From Solirubrobacterales bacterium (GTDB lineage Bacteria > Actinomycetota > Thermoleophilia > Solirubrobacterales > Thermoleophilaceae), in assembly GCA_038323835.1 (NCBI GenBank), contig JBBQHI010000018.1, forward strand, positions 3,581-67,580: a DNA stretch of 64,000 bases, given 5' to 3'. The stretch's first letter is position 1, and the number at the start of each line of letters is the position of its first letter. Below are positions 20,378 to 29,487 of the stretch, one piece after another. A model generated the notes under the pieces. That model made no database searches. It was not told the origin of the DNA and saw only the letters and a program-made list of their open reading frames with translations. Made by a program: the position numbers and the translations under genes.

Positions 20378-21096
20378 AGGCGCACCGCCCTCAGTTCATT
20401 CCCGCCGATGGCCTCGAGTACCCGGGGCAGTGCGGCGGCGGTGCGGAGCCACGAGCCTGCCGCCGAGTAGTGATCGGCGTCGTGGAGGAGAAGCACCGCC
20501 CCCGGCGTGACCCCCGCCAAGAGGCGCGCGGCAATCGACGCGGGGGTGGCGCGCTGCTCCCAGTCGCGGCCCCAGTTCGTCCAGAGGACGGTGCGCCAGC
20601 CCCGTGCGCGGACCAGCCCGAGCGCCGCCGCGCTCACCACCCCGTATGGCGGCCGGTAGAGGACCGGCCCCGAGCCCGTGGCATCCGCCACCCGCTCCCA
20701 GCCGCGCCGGAGATCGCTCGCGGTCTGCCGGGGGGTGAGCCGGAGAAGGTTGCGATGCCGGTCGCCGTGCACGCCGATGCTGTGACCCTCGGCAACGATC
20801 TCGGCGGCGATGGCCGGCCACCGCACCACCTGCTCTCCGACCAGGAAGAAGGTGGCTTGGGCTCCCGACGCGGCGAGCAACTCCAGGATCGCCGGGGTGC
20901 CGCGGGGATGGGGGCCGTCGTCGAAGGTCAGCGCCACGCCGCCACGCTCGGGCGTTTGGCTCTCGATGCCGAGCGGCCGGCGCAAAGCGGGGATCGGCTG
21001 GGACGCAGCCGGGAGGAGGTGAGCCGTTGCCGCGGCGGCTCCGAGCGAGGTGCCGAGTCGGCTCCAGACCCTCCTCGTCGGTGTCTGGAGCACCAT
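20374..21096 (-). CDS. polysaccharide deacetylase (CE4, NodB domain)
   Basis: ORF 20374..21096 carries the VALTFDDGPHP, HSIGVHGDRH and LYRPPYG motifs. Confidence 0.85.
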   Translation of the reverse strand: MVLQTPTRRVWSRLGTSLGAAAATAHLLPAASQPIPALRRPLGIESQTPERGGVALTFDDGPHPRGTPAILELLAASGAQATFFLVGEQVVRWPAIAAEIVAEGHSIGVHGDRHRNLLRLTPRQTASDLRRGWERVADATGSGPVLYRPPYGVVSAAALGLVRARGWRTVLWTNWGRDWEQRATPASIAARLLAGVTPGAVLLLHDADHYSAAGSWLRTAAALPRVLEAIGGNELRAVRL

Positions 21097-21192
21097 GTGG
21101 CCGACTGTAGGGAGGCGTACCTGACGGGAGTCTGAACGTCCGGCGGACGAGCCCGGAGGTCCCGGTTTCGAGAGCTACTGTCAGCGACGATC

Positions 21193-22074
21193 GTGTCCTC
21201 CCTGATGCTCGGCGTGACCGCCGCGTGTGCCGCGTCGACGATGTACAACCTCGGCATCGCGCTCCAGGCGATGGAGGCCAGGGCCTCTCCCCCGGAACAC
21301 GGGATGCGCCTCTCGCTCGTGGCCGGGCTTCTACGGCGCCCGCGCTGGCTTGCCGGAACGCTCCTCACGATCCTTGGCTGGCCGCTCCAGACGGCCGCCC
21401 TGCTCCTCGCGCCTCTCGCGGTCGTGCAACCGGCTCTCGCGTTCGGACTGGTGCTCCTCCTGGTCATCGCCGCGCGCGACCGGCACGAGCGGGTCGGCAG
21501 GCGGGAGATCGCGGCCGTCGCGGCGATCATCGCCGGCGTGGGAGCCCTGGCCGCGCTGGTGCCCACCGCCGAGAACGCCCATGCATCCGCTGGCGCCACG
21601 GCCGCGGTGCTCGCCGTGATCGCGCTCGTGGCCCTGTGCCCGTTCCTGGCTGCTCGGCGCGGGGCGATCGACGGGCGCGTGGCCGCGCTCGGCGCGGGCG
21701 CGGGGTTCGCATGGAGCGGCCTGTCCACCAAGTACGTGGCCGACTCGCTGGGAAGTCACCTCTGGCTCGCCGCGCTCGCGTGGGCGGTGGCCACCGGCCT
21801 GGCCTCGGGCTTGGCGCTGATCGGCGAGATGACCGCGCTCCAGAGCCGCGGGGCCGCTCGCGTGGCCCCGGTCGTTTTCGTGGTCCAGGTGGCGCTCCCG
21901 GTGCTCACCGCGCCACTGCTGGTCGGCGAGCAGTGGACCGGCTCGCCAGCGCGCTCCGCGGGCGTCTGCGGCGCACTCGCGGTCGTGATCGCCGGCGCGC
22001 TGGCACTCATGTCCTCGCCCGCCGTCACCTCGTTCGTCAACGCGGACCGGCCTTCCGCGGACCTCGCCGCGTGA
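21193..22074 (+). CDS. polytopic membrane protein, DMT/NIPA-like
   Basis: ORF 21193..22074 has about 9 hydrophobic helices. The family assignment is tentative. Confidence 0.65.
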   Translation: MSSLMLGVTAACAASTMYNLGIALQAMEARASPPEHGMRLSLVAGLLRRPRWLAGTLLTILGWPLQTAALLLAPLAVVQPALAFGLVLLLVIAARDRHERVGRREIAAVAAIIAGVGALAALVPTAENAHASAGATAAVLAVIALVALCPFLAARRGAIDGRVAALGAGAGFAWSGLSTKYVADSLGSHLWLAALAWAVATGLASGLALIGEMTALQSRGAARVAPVVFVVQVALPVLTAPLLVGEQWTGSPARSAGVCGALAVVIAGALALMSSPAVTSFVNADRPSADLAA

Positions 22075-22079
22075 GGGGA

Positions 22080-22898
22080 TCAGCCGCCGGCCACGTCGCG
22101 GCGAACGAACACGAGGTAGGCGGCGCCCAGCGCGGGGAGTCCGTAGAGCGCGCAGACCCAGACGGAGCGGATCACCGGGACCCAGTCCGCGGGCGAACGG
22201 AGCAGGCCCTCCCACGCGTTGAACTGAGTGCTGAGGAGGTACGGCTGCACCCCGCCCAGCCCCGGCAGGATCCCGATCAGCTGGATCAGCAGGGAGATCA
22301 TCAGCGTGCCCACGATGGCGGCGGCGCTGTTGCGAGTAGCGGCCGAGAGCAGCAGCCCGATGCAGACGATGGCCAGCGTCGGCAGGAGGTACACGCCCAG
22401 GCTCGCGGCGACCAGGCCCAGCGCCGACATGGCCGAGACACGGGTGCCGGAGAGCGTGGTGAGCGGATTGAAGCCCGAGGCCAGGCATCCCGCCACCACC
22501 GCCACGGTGCCGCTCAGCAGGATGGCGGCCACCGCGTAGCTCGCCGCGGCCCAGGCCTTCCCCCGGAAGATCTGCCCGCGCTCGAGGGAGCGCGTGAGGA
22601 TCGTCTTGAGCGTGCCGTTGTGATCCTCGGAGGCGATGATGTCGCCCGCGACGAGCGCGGTTATCAGGGGGAAGAGCCACACCGCTCCGAAGAGCAGGAG
22701 CACGAGTGGGATGGCCAGGCCGCTCTTGTGGATGTAGCGCCCGAACGCCACGTCCTCCGGGCCGCCGCTCTGTAGGGACGTGGCGACGACAAAGATGATC
22801 GGCACCGCCACCGCAGCTCCGAGGCCCAGGTAGGTGCGCTTCTGGAAGCGCAACTTGCGGAGCTCCCAGCGGTAGACCGTCATCGCGTTCGGGTTCAT
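22080..22898 (-). CDS. ABC-2 type transporter permease
   Basis: ATG 22898 overlaps the ATPase stop (ATGA). The product is 272 aa with six hydrophobic helices. Confidence 0.8.
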   Translation of the reverse strand: MNPNAMTVYRWELRKLRFQKRTYLGLGAAVAVPIIFVVATSLQSGGPEDVAFGRYIHKSGLAIPLVLLLFGAVWLFPLITALVAGDIIASEDHNGTLKTILTRSLERGQIFRGKAWAAASYAVAAILLSGTVAVVAGCLASGFNPLTTLSGTRVSAMSALGLVAASLGVYLLPTLAIVCIGLLLSAATRNSAAAIVGTLMISLLIQLIGILPGLGGVQPYLLSTQFNAWEGLLRSPADWVPVIRSVWVCALYGLPALGAAYLVFVRRDVAGG

Positions 22899-23857
22899 GC
22901 CGGGGCCGTTACGGCGAGCGCCTGGGGCTCGCCGGAGCCGTTGGCCGGGCCCTCGGTGAGAGAGAAGAAGAGGTCCTCGAGCGTGGCCGTCTCCGGCGCC
23001 ACGGCTCGTATCAGCGCCCCCGTCTCCACCAGGCCGCGCGACAGGTCGGCCACCGCGTCCTCGCCGGCGGAGAACCGGATCTCCCCCGCCTCCGCGCGGA
23101 CCTCCCTGAGTCCCGGGTGGCGCTCGCACACCGAGAGCGCGAGCACGTCGTCCGTGGTCCTGAGCCGGTAGGTGGCCACCGCCGTCCGCTTGAGGTCGGC
23201 GATCTCCCCCTCGTACACGATCGCCCCGGACCGGACTATGGCCACTCGATTGCACAGCTCCTCCACCTCATTCATCAGGTGGCTGGAGAGCACCACCGTC
23301 ATTCCGCCGTCGGCCAGGCGGCGCACCAGGCGGCGCATGTCGCGCATGCCCGCCGGGTCCAGCCCCGTGGCGGGCTCGTCCAAGAGCAGCAGCTTGGGCT
23401 CGCGCACCAGCGCGGCGGCGATGCCCAGCCTCTGTCGCATCCCGTGGGAGTAGCCGCCCACGCGGTCACCCGCCCGGTCGGTGAGCTCGACTGTCTCGAG
23501 CGCCGCGTCCACACGGCTGCCGGCGCCGTTCCCGTCGAACGCGGCCAGCATTTCCATGTTGCGCCGGCCGCTGAGGTAGGGGTAGAACCGAGGCGCCTCG
23601 ACGAAGCCGGCCACGCCCTCGAGCGCCGACACGCTGGCCGTGGGATCCCGCCCGAACAGCCTGACGCACCCGGCCGTCGGGGAGATGAGGCCGAGCATCA
23701 TGCGCAGGGAGGTGGTCTTGCCGGCGCCGTTCGGGCCCAGGTAGCCATACACGTCCCCTCGCTCCACCGTCAGATTCACATGGTCCACCGCGACGATGTC
23801 GCCGTAATGCTTGGTCAACCCGCGAATCTCTACGGGCTTCGACGAGTCAGAGGTCAC
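22895..23857 (-). CDS. ABC transporter ATP-binding protein
   Basis: Walker A (GPNGAGKTT), signature (YSHGMRQRL) and Walker B (LLLLDEP) are present. The start is probably GTG 23857; the ORF extends to 23914. Confidence 0.85.
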   Translation of the reverse strand: MTSDSSKPVEIRGLTKHYGDIVAVDHVNLTVERGDVYGYLGPNGAGKTTSLRMMLGLISPTAGCVRLFGRDPTASVSALEGVAGFVEAPRFYPYLSGRRNMEMLAAFDGNGAGSRVDAALETVELTDRAGDRVGGYSHGMRQRLGIAAALVREPKLLLLDEPATGLDPAGMRDMRRLVRRLADGGMTVVLSSHLMNEVEELCNRVAIVRSGAIVYEGEIADLKRTAVATYRLRTTDDVLALSVCERHPGLREVRAEAGEIRFSAGEDAVADLSRGLVETGALIRAVAPETATLEDLFFSLTEGPANGSGEPQALAVTAPA

Positions 23858-25076
23858 GGGCAGCGGCCTTCGCGGTGGCCGGCGGCACCAAGCCGAGCAC
23901 GGTGTAGTCAACACCGTCCCGGCTGAAGCTGATCACCGAGCCGAGCGCGGTGTCGAGCTCCTGCCCCGTGACTCCGCCTATGGCGACCTTCGGCACCGGT
24001 AGCCGGGACTGGCCGATGCGGAGGCCCTCCCGGCCCGGCCCGGCGGCCGTATGGCCGGAGCCCGGCGTGGCCCGCTCGATCACGGCGACGCCACCCAGTC
24101 CGGCGCCGTAGGTGACGAGCGCGCCGGGCCGACCGCCCACGTGCAGCAGCTTCGCGTCGTTGCGCGTCAGTCCCCCGAGGCTGCGTGGCGCCGAGAGGTT
24201 GAACGGGAGCCCCTTGCGCACGCCGGCCAGCCCCTCGACCGGCGACCTGTCCGTGCTCGACGCCGCGCCACGGTCGCTGCCCTCCTGGCTCATGGACGTC
24301 GTCCTGGCGCCCGGAGGCGGCGAGATATCGAAGACCGAGGAGGCCACCGGGCCGAAGGAGACTTCCGTGGCCTTGAGCTCGAGCACCGGACTGCTGTTCC
24401 CACGCGCATAGACCGCCACTCGCAGAGGCACGCCGTGCTGCGCGTCCCAGGCCAGCTCCACCGCTCCGAGCAGCCCGCCGTCGCGACTGGGGGTCAGACG
24501 AACCCGGTATGCAGGCCGTCCGGCCACATCGGTCGGCACGGCGGAGGACAAGTCCAGCCGGTCGGTCAGGTGCGCGATCTCCTTCTGGATCGCGGCGATC
24601 GAGGGGACCCCGTGCGGCCCTGAACTGTCCGCCTCCGCCCGCTGTTTCGGCAGGGCAAAGCGATATGCCGTGTTCGCGCTCGCGTCGTACAGCGTCACCC
24701 GCTTCCCGTCGGAGACGATCTGAACGTCCCCTCTCTCCGACTGGAGCTCGAGGCGGAAGCGGCCCCCGGAGCCGAACCACAACCGCCCGGTCGCACCGGA
24801 CAGGAGTGCGTTGGACCCTTCGATGCCCGACGAGGCGATCAGGCGATTGGTGAACCGGATCCGAGCGGTCACGCCCTCGACCCTGCGCGCCGCAAGGGCG
24901 CCGTCGTGCAGAGCCTTCGCCAGTGGCTTGGGGGTCGGGTGCGGGCCGCCGCCGGAGGCGAGCGCGATTGCCACTCCGGCCACGCCGGTGGCCACCACTC
25001 CCGCGCAGGCGGCCAGCAGGCGGACTGTGGAGATGGTGCGCAGGTTCACGGCGGGTCCTTCCCTCGACATGTCCAC
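23847..25076 (-). CDS. membrane-anchored LolA/RseB-like (DUF4367-type) protein
   Basis: ORF 23847..25076 has an N-terminal TM helix. The segment GRLWFGSGGRFRLELQSERGDVQIVSDGKRVTLYD resembles the LolA fold. The start may be GTG 25049. Confidence 0.6.
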   Translation of the reverse strand: MDMSREGPAVNLRTISTVRLLAACAGVVATGVAGVAIALASGGGPHPTPKPLAKALHDGALAARRVEGVTARIRFTNRLIASSGIEGSNALLSGATGRLWFGSGGRFRLELQSERGDVQIVSDGKRVTLYDASANTAYRFALPKQRAEADSSGPHGVPSIAAIQKEIAHLTDRLDLSSAVPTDVAGRPAYRVRLTPSRDGGLLGAVELAWDAQHGVPLRVAVYARGNSSPVLELKATEVSFGPVASSVFDISPPPGARTTSMSQEGSDRGAASSTDRSPVEGLAGVRKGLPFNLSAPRSLGGLTRNDAKLLHVGGRPGALVTYGAGLGGVAVIERATPGSGHTAAGPGREGLRIGQSRLPVPKVAIGGVTGQELDTALGSVISFSRDGVDYTVLGLVPPATAKAAARDL

Positions 25077-25160
25077 CGTAGAGTGCCTACATGAACGGAC
25101 CCTGACCGTCGGCGGTACCTCGTGGAGGTCCGGGCCGGGCCTGCGCCGAAGGAAGGTTCA

Positions 25161-25595
25161 ATGGAGCCCACCAGCGCAGCGCATGTCCTGATCGTTGCCA
25201 ACCGGACGGCCGCCACTCCGGCGCTTGTGGACGCAATCCGCGAACGCGCCGCCCGGGGACCAGCCACGTTCCACCTCGTGGTTCCTCACAGCGCCGACCC
25301 CGATTGGCACATCCTGCACCGGGGACGGCGCGAGAAGGCCGATGAGGCCAGGCGCATACTTGACGAAGCCCGGCCGCTCCTCGCAGAGGCAGCCGGAGGC
25401 CCGGTGACAGGCTCAGTGTCGATCCGAGCGGACCCGATGGATGCCATCGAGGAGACCCTGTGGAGCGGGTACTACGAAGAGGTCATCCTCTCGACCCATT
25501 CGCATCACCTGCTCGAGCGGCTCCACCTCGACCTGCCCCACCGACTCGAGCACCTGGGGCTGCCGCTCACGACGGTGATCGTCGAGAACCCCTGA
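25161..25595 (+). CDS. hypothetical protein, possibly with a USP-like nucleotide-binding fold
   Basis: ATG 25161 is preceded by GAAGGAAGG. The product begins VLIVANRTAATPALVDAI... The fold assignment is an inference. Confidence 0.6.
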   Translation: MEPTSAAHVLIVANRTAATPALVDAIRERAARGPATFHLVVPHSADPDWHILHRGRREKADEARRILDEARPLLAEAAGGPVTGSVSIRADPMDAIEETLWSGYYEEVILSTHSHHLLERLHLDLPHRLEHLGLPLTTVIVENP

Positions 25596-25817
25596 ATCTG
25601 GGCAGCCTCCGACTCCAACGGACCGGCCGGCTCGGGGCGCTCGTCACCGTCCTCTCATGTCGAAGTCGGCAAGCACACGTCTCCTGGAAGAGCAGCCCCC
25701 TACTCGGGCGCCCTCGATTGGGCTCTTCGTGCCCAAGTCCCCCGTCGCTCATCCCGGGGCATCTGCGACCTGGGCGGGTGGTGGCCACCAGCCGGGCGCG
25801 GGACGTGATCGCTTAGC

Positions 25818-26687
25818 GTGTCGGCGGTGCCCGAGATCCCCGGCGTTCGCCGTGAGCGGCCGAGCCGATTCGTGCCGCGTTTTCACTACGAGCTGCTGGT
25901 GTGTGGCTTGTTGGGTCATGAGCTGATCGGACTGGACGCGGAGAGCGTGCGGCCCCGGGACGACGCGGTCGTTCGCGAGATCGTAGGGACGCGTTGGTAC
26001 CGCTGCCTGCGCTGCGACAGCTGGCTGCCGGTGCCAGATCCCCCGCCGCCCTCGCGCCGTGTGCCTCCCGACCGCGACGAGATCGAGCTTCCCCTGCGCG
26101 GCCGGCCGCTGCGCGACAAGATCGTCCTACGGTTGATCGCGATCAATCGCGCTGCGCACTTCGCCGTGCTCGGGCTCTTCGGCGTGGTGATCCTCGTCTT
26201 CAGCGCGAACCGCGACCAAGTGCGCGCGACGGTCTATCGCGTTCTGGCCGACCTGCAGGGCGGCCTGGTGGAGGGCTCCGGGCATGCGAGGCACGGACTG
26301 CTCCACGAGGTGGACCAGCTGTTCTCACTCAGCTCCACGAAGCTGCACCTGTTCGGTGCGGTGATCCTCGGCTACTCCCTGGTTGAGGGCGTTGAGGCGG
26401 TCGGGCTCTGGTACCAGCGGCGCTGGGCCGAGTACCTCACGTTCATTGTCACGAGCTCACTGCTGCCGCTCGAGGTCTACGAGCTCGTCAATCGCCTATC
26501 GCCCTTCAAGGTGCTTGCGTTCGTGATCAATGTCGCGGTAGTCGTCTACCTGCTGCTCGCCAAGCGTCTGTTCGGTGTCCGCGGCGGGGTGGCCGGCGAG
26601 CACGCAATCCGCGAAAAAGACATGGGCTGGACTGCGCTCGATCGCGCGACCCCGGGCCCATCCCCTCGTCCGGTCACCTCTGGCTAA
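25818..26687 (+). CDS. DUF2127 family membrane protein with an N-terminal Cys-rich segment
   Basis: ORF 25818..26687. The strings RLIAINRAAHF, GLWYQRRWAEYLTF and VINVAVVVYLL are typical of DUF2127. Confidence 0.75.
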   Translation: MSAVPEIPGVRRERPSRFVPRFHYELLVCGLLGHELIGLDAESVRPRDDAVVREIVGTRWYRCLRCDSWLPVPDPPPPSRRVPPDRDEIELPLRGRPLRDKIVLRLIAINRAAHFAVLGLFGVVILVFSANRDQVRATVYRVLADLQGGLVEGSGHARHGLLHEVDQLFSLSSTKLHLFGAVILGYSLVEGVEAVGLWYQRRWAEYLTFIVTSSLLPLEVYELVNRLSPFKVLAFVINVAVVVYLLLAKRLFGVRGGVAGEHAIREKDMGWTALDRATPGPSPRPVTSG

Positions 26688-26829
26688 ATCGATGTCCTTC
26701 GCCCTGCTCCGCGTCTCGCAACGCCAATGCCAACCCGCGCGAATTACCGCTGCTCGCGACTACGTGGTGGAGGTGCTCGATTCCGTTAGCCACCGAGGCG
26801 AAGATCAGAGGACTTCCCGATCACCTCAC

Positions 26830-27420
26830 TCAGCCTGAGCCTCGGCGCCTGTGCAGGAAGCCGCCTCGGCGCAGGACGCCGGTAGGGACCTTGGCCGTCG
26901 CTTCGGATTGTGGGTGGCGACCTACGGCAATAGTGCGAACTCGGCCAGTGCGATAGTCGATCACCGAGACGCTGTCGCCCTAAGACTTGGGGACCAATGC
27001 TGGATCTAGCCCAGTCGGCCCACGCGTGGTGACGTAGCAGTCGCGACCGTCGAGACTCGTCAATGCCTCCCCTGGGCTCTCGCCGACGTGGATGATCTTC
27101 CTCACCTTGCCGGTGCGCAGGGCTACGAGCGCTACGTAGTTCGAGATCGTTCCGGCATCGCAGACGGTCGGGCCGCTGACGTCGATCCCGTGATGGGCGG
27201 GCCGCGTTTTGGATAGTCCGGTGGCGCCAAGGCAAGTCCTGGCCCCAGCAGTGGCAGGTTGACCGTGCGAACCACCTGTCCGCTTCGCAGATTGAGGACG
27301 TGCGAACTCTCAACTCGAACTTGAGCCTCTAGTCGACGGCCTCATGGTGCCGGTCGGGCGAAAGGCGCGACGCCGGGCCATTGGGTCTCTATACCGACGC
27401 TGACGCTGCCCGTTCACGGA
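26830..27420 (-). pseudogene. decayed YVTN-type beta-propeller gene remnant
   Basis: Manual minus-strand translation gives propeller-blade-like pieces in different frames: SHVLNLRSGQVVRTVNLP, YVALVALRTGKVRKIIHVGESPGEALTSLDGRDCYVTT and GDSVSVIDYRTGRVRTIAVG. They are separated by frameshifts and an in-frame TAG. The region looks lower in GC than its surroundings. Confidence 0.4.
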
Positions 27421-27628
27421 CAAGCGGCGCTCCCGTCCGCGCAACTCGACGCGGGACTGCTCCGTCGCATGGAAAGGGACAGTGGTTACTGGGAGACTTG
27501 CGGTCGATGGGGAGATGGGAACGCGCGCGCTGGAGCTTCTACGCGCAGCGCGGCACCTCAGCGGTCGAGCTCTTCGGGTCGATCGCTGAGCGCCCCGATC
27601 GGCTGGATGCCGACGGGCGCCTCGCGTC

Positions 27629-28303
27629 GTGACTATGCCGGAGCCGCGGCCGCCGACGCGCGGACGCGCCGCCTCTCCGCCCGTCGAGCACTTCGTGGCC
27701 GAGCCTCGTCGCTCCGTCCGGCTCGGCGCCGCGCTCCTAGCGCTCGTAGCGCTGATGGCGATCCGCGTGCCGGTCGGCCCGCTGCCGCTCGACACGGCCT
27801 GGTCGGAAGCGATGCGCGATGGGTTCACGCCGGGGCTCGAGCGGCTCGCCTTGTGGCTCGACGCGCTCGGGCACGCGTCGGGCGTGATCGTTGTCCTCGG
27901 CGCGATCACTGTGGTCCTGATCCGGGCGCGCCGCTGGATGGCGCTGACGGCCTTCGCGCTCGCCGAGGGCGCCTCATCGCTCCTGTCGGCTGCGCTGAAG
28001 GCGCTGCTCGAGCGACCCCGCCCGCCGGCCGGGGTGCTGCACCCGCTGTCGACGTCGTTTCCATCCGGGCACACCAGCTTCGCCGCTGTGACGTGCGTCT
28101 CACTCGTCCTCGCGTTCACGTTGCCCGGTCGCCGGCGCGTGTGGTGGCCGCTGGCGGTGCTCGGGACCTGTGCCATGGGCTGGAGCCGCACCTTCCTGCA
28201 CGTCCACTGGCTGTCGGACGTGATCGCCGGCGCACTGCTGGGCGTGAGTGTCGCGCTGCTCGTGTTCGCGGCCACGCAGCTGCGCGCGGCCGCGCGGTCC
28301 TGA
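27629..28303 (+). CDS. PAP2 family phosphatase (membrane)
   Basis: ORF 27629..28303 has all three PAP2 motifs: KALLERPRP, PSGH and SRTFLHVHWLSD. Confidence 0.85.
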   Translation: MTMPEPRPPTRGRAASPPVEHFVAEPRRSVRLGAALLALVALMAIRVPVGPLPLDTAWSEAMRDGFTPGLERLALWLDALGHASGVIVVLGAITVVLIRARRWMALTAFALAEGASSLLSAALKALLERPRPPAGVLHPLSTSFPSGHTSFAAVTCVSLVLAFTLPGRRRVWWPLAVLGTCAMGWSRTFLHVHWLSDVIAGALLGVSVALLVFAATQLRAAARS

Positions 28304-28750
28304 GTCCCCACCGTCAAAGCGCGAGTGGTGCGCGCGAGCAGCAGCACGCGGCTGAGTGGACAAAGGCTGAACCCTCAACCCCGGCTCGAGACCATTGTGC
28401 GGCTTCTTCTGAATCCGGTCAACCGAGCGGTTCGCCAACGAGCGGGGAAGGCCTCTGGGCAACCGTAGTTCGTCGAGCGTCGCGAAGCGAGCCATGCGGC
28501 GAGCTCGGCGGCGCCGGTACTCGACGCGCCATGTGGCCGTGCTCCAGCTTGCGTCGCCGAGAGCTCGGGGCTACGGCTGTTGCCTCCAGCGATTGGACAG
28601 TTAAACCGCGAGATTCCAGGGGCCGCGATCGGATACGAGCAGCGGGACTCCCGCCGAAAACCAAGCCCCGGTAGGACGCAGGGAGCGAAGTGTGCAGTCG
28701 CACACGAGCGAACCGAGGACACCCCCGGGCGCCGGTTTGCAGGCGGGAGA

Positions 28751-28840
28751 CGGAGAGGGAGGGATTCGAACCCTCGAGAGAGCTTTTAGCCCCCTACTCG
28801 CTTAGCAGGCGAGTGCCTTCAGCCACTCGGCCACCTCTCC
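28751..28840 (-). tRNA. tRNA-Ser (GCT anticodon), long variable arm, no encoded CCA
   Basis: Manually folded from GGAGAGGTGGCCGAGTGGCTGAAGGCACTCGCCTGCTAAGCGAG...GAGGGTTCGAATCCCTCCCTCTCCG. The acceptor, D, anticodon (loop CTGCTAA) and T arms all pair. Confidence 0.9.
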
Positions 28841-28869
28841 AACGCGGCCGATTGTAGGCGGGCGCCTGG

Positions 28870-29487
28870 TCAGGGCAGGCGCCCCTCCAGCCGCAGCAGG
28901 AACTCCTTGCGCTCGATACCGCCGGTGTAACCGCCCAGCGCCCCGCCCGTCCGCACCACCCGGTGGCACGGCACCACCAACGGCATCGGATTGGCCCCTA
29001 GCGCGTTGCCCGCGGCTCGCACGGCGCGCGGGCTGCCCGCCGCTCCGGCCACCGAGGCGTACGTGCCGAGCTCGCCGAAGGGAATACGCGCCGTGGCAGC
29101 CAGCACCCGGCGGGTGAAGCCCTTCGTGAGCGACCAGTCGATGGGTAGGTCGAAGTCCGTGCGCCGGCCCTCGAAGTACTCGTCCAGCTCGCGCCGCACC
29201 GGGTCGAGCCGGGCGGGCGCCTCGAGCACACGCGGCGAGATCCTCCGGGCGAGATCCTCGATCACGTCCTCCTCGGGGCGATAGCTCGCGTAGGCCACGC
29301 GCACCAGGCCCCTGGGGGTGGATGCCACCGTGAGCGGCCCCAGGGGCGAGTCCACGGACGCGTAGGCCACGTCCACCAGGCCCTCGCCCTCGGCCCGCTC
29401 CAGGAACCTGCGCTCCAGCTCCGGGAGGTCTCCGGCTTCGACCCGCGCGGCCGCCTCCCTCAGTGCGCGTTTGATGTCAACGGTCAT
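28870..29487 (-). CDS. ogt: methylated-DNA-protein-cysteine methyltransferase with a short N-terminal extension
   Basis: ORF 28870..29487 has the PCHRVV active site. It is about 35 residues longer at the N-terminus than typical Ogt. Its start overlaps the sigma gene by 11 nt. Confidence 0.85.
   Translation of the reverse strand: MTVDIKRALREAAARVEAGDLPELERRFLERAEGEGLVDVAYASVDSPLGPLTVASTPRGLVRVAYASYRPEEDVIEDLARRISPRVLEAPARLDPVRRELDEYFEGRRTDFDLPIDWSLTKGFTRRVLAATARIPFGELGTYASVAGAAGSPRAVRAAGNALGANPMPLVVPCHRVVRTGGALGGYTGGIERKEFLLRLEGRLP

Noticed and set aside
21225-22775. 516-aa plus-strand ORF and the 449-aa minus-strand ORF 21331..22680
   Set aside because: They are alternative-frame or antisense shadows of the DMT-like and ABC-2 permease genes, and their translations are Arg/Gly-rich.
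26786-27313. 175-aa track ORF as a genuine CDS
   Set aside because: The translation is Arg-rich and motif-free. Other frames of the same strand carry propeller-like fragments, so I treat the region as a pseudogene.
27310-28347. 345-aa minus-strand ORF
   Set aside because: It is antisense to the PAP2 gene, which has all three catalytic motifs. The translation is Ser/Arg/Ala-rich.
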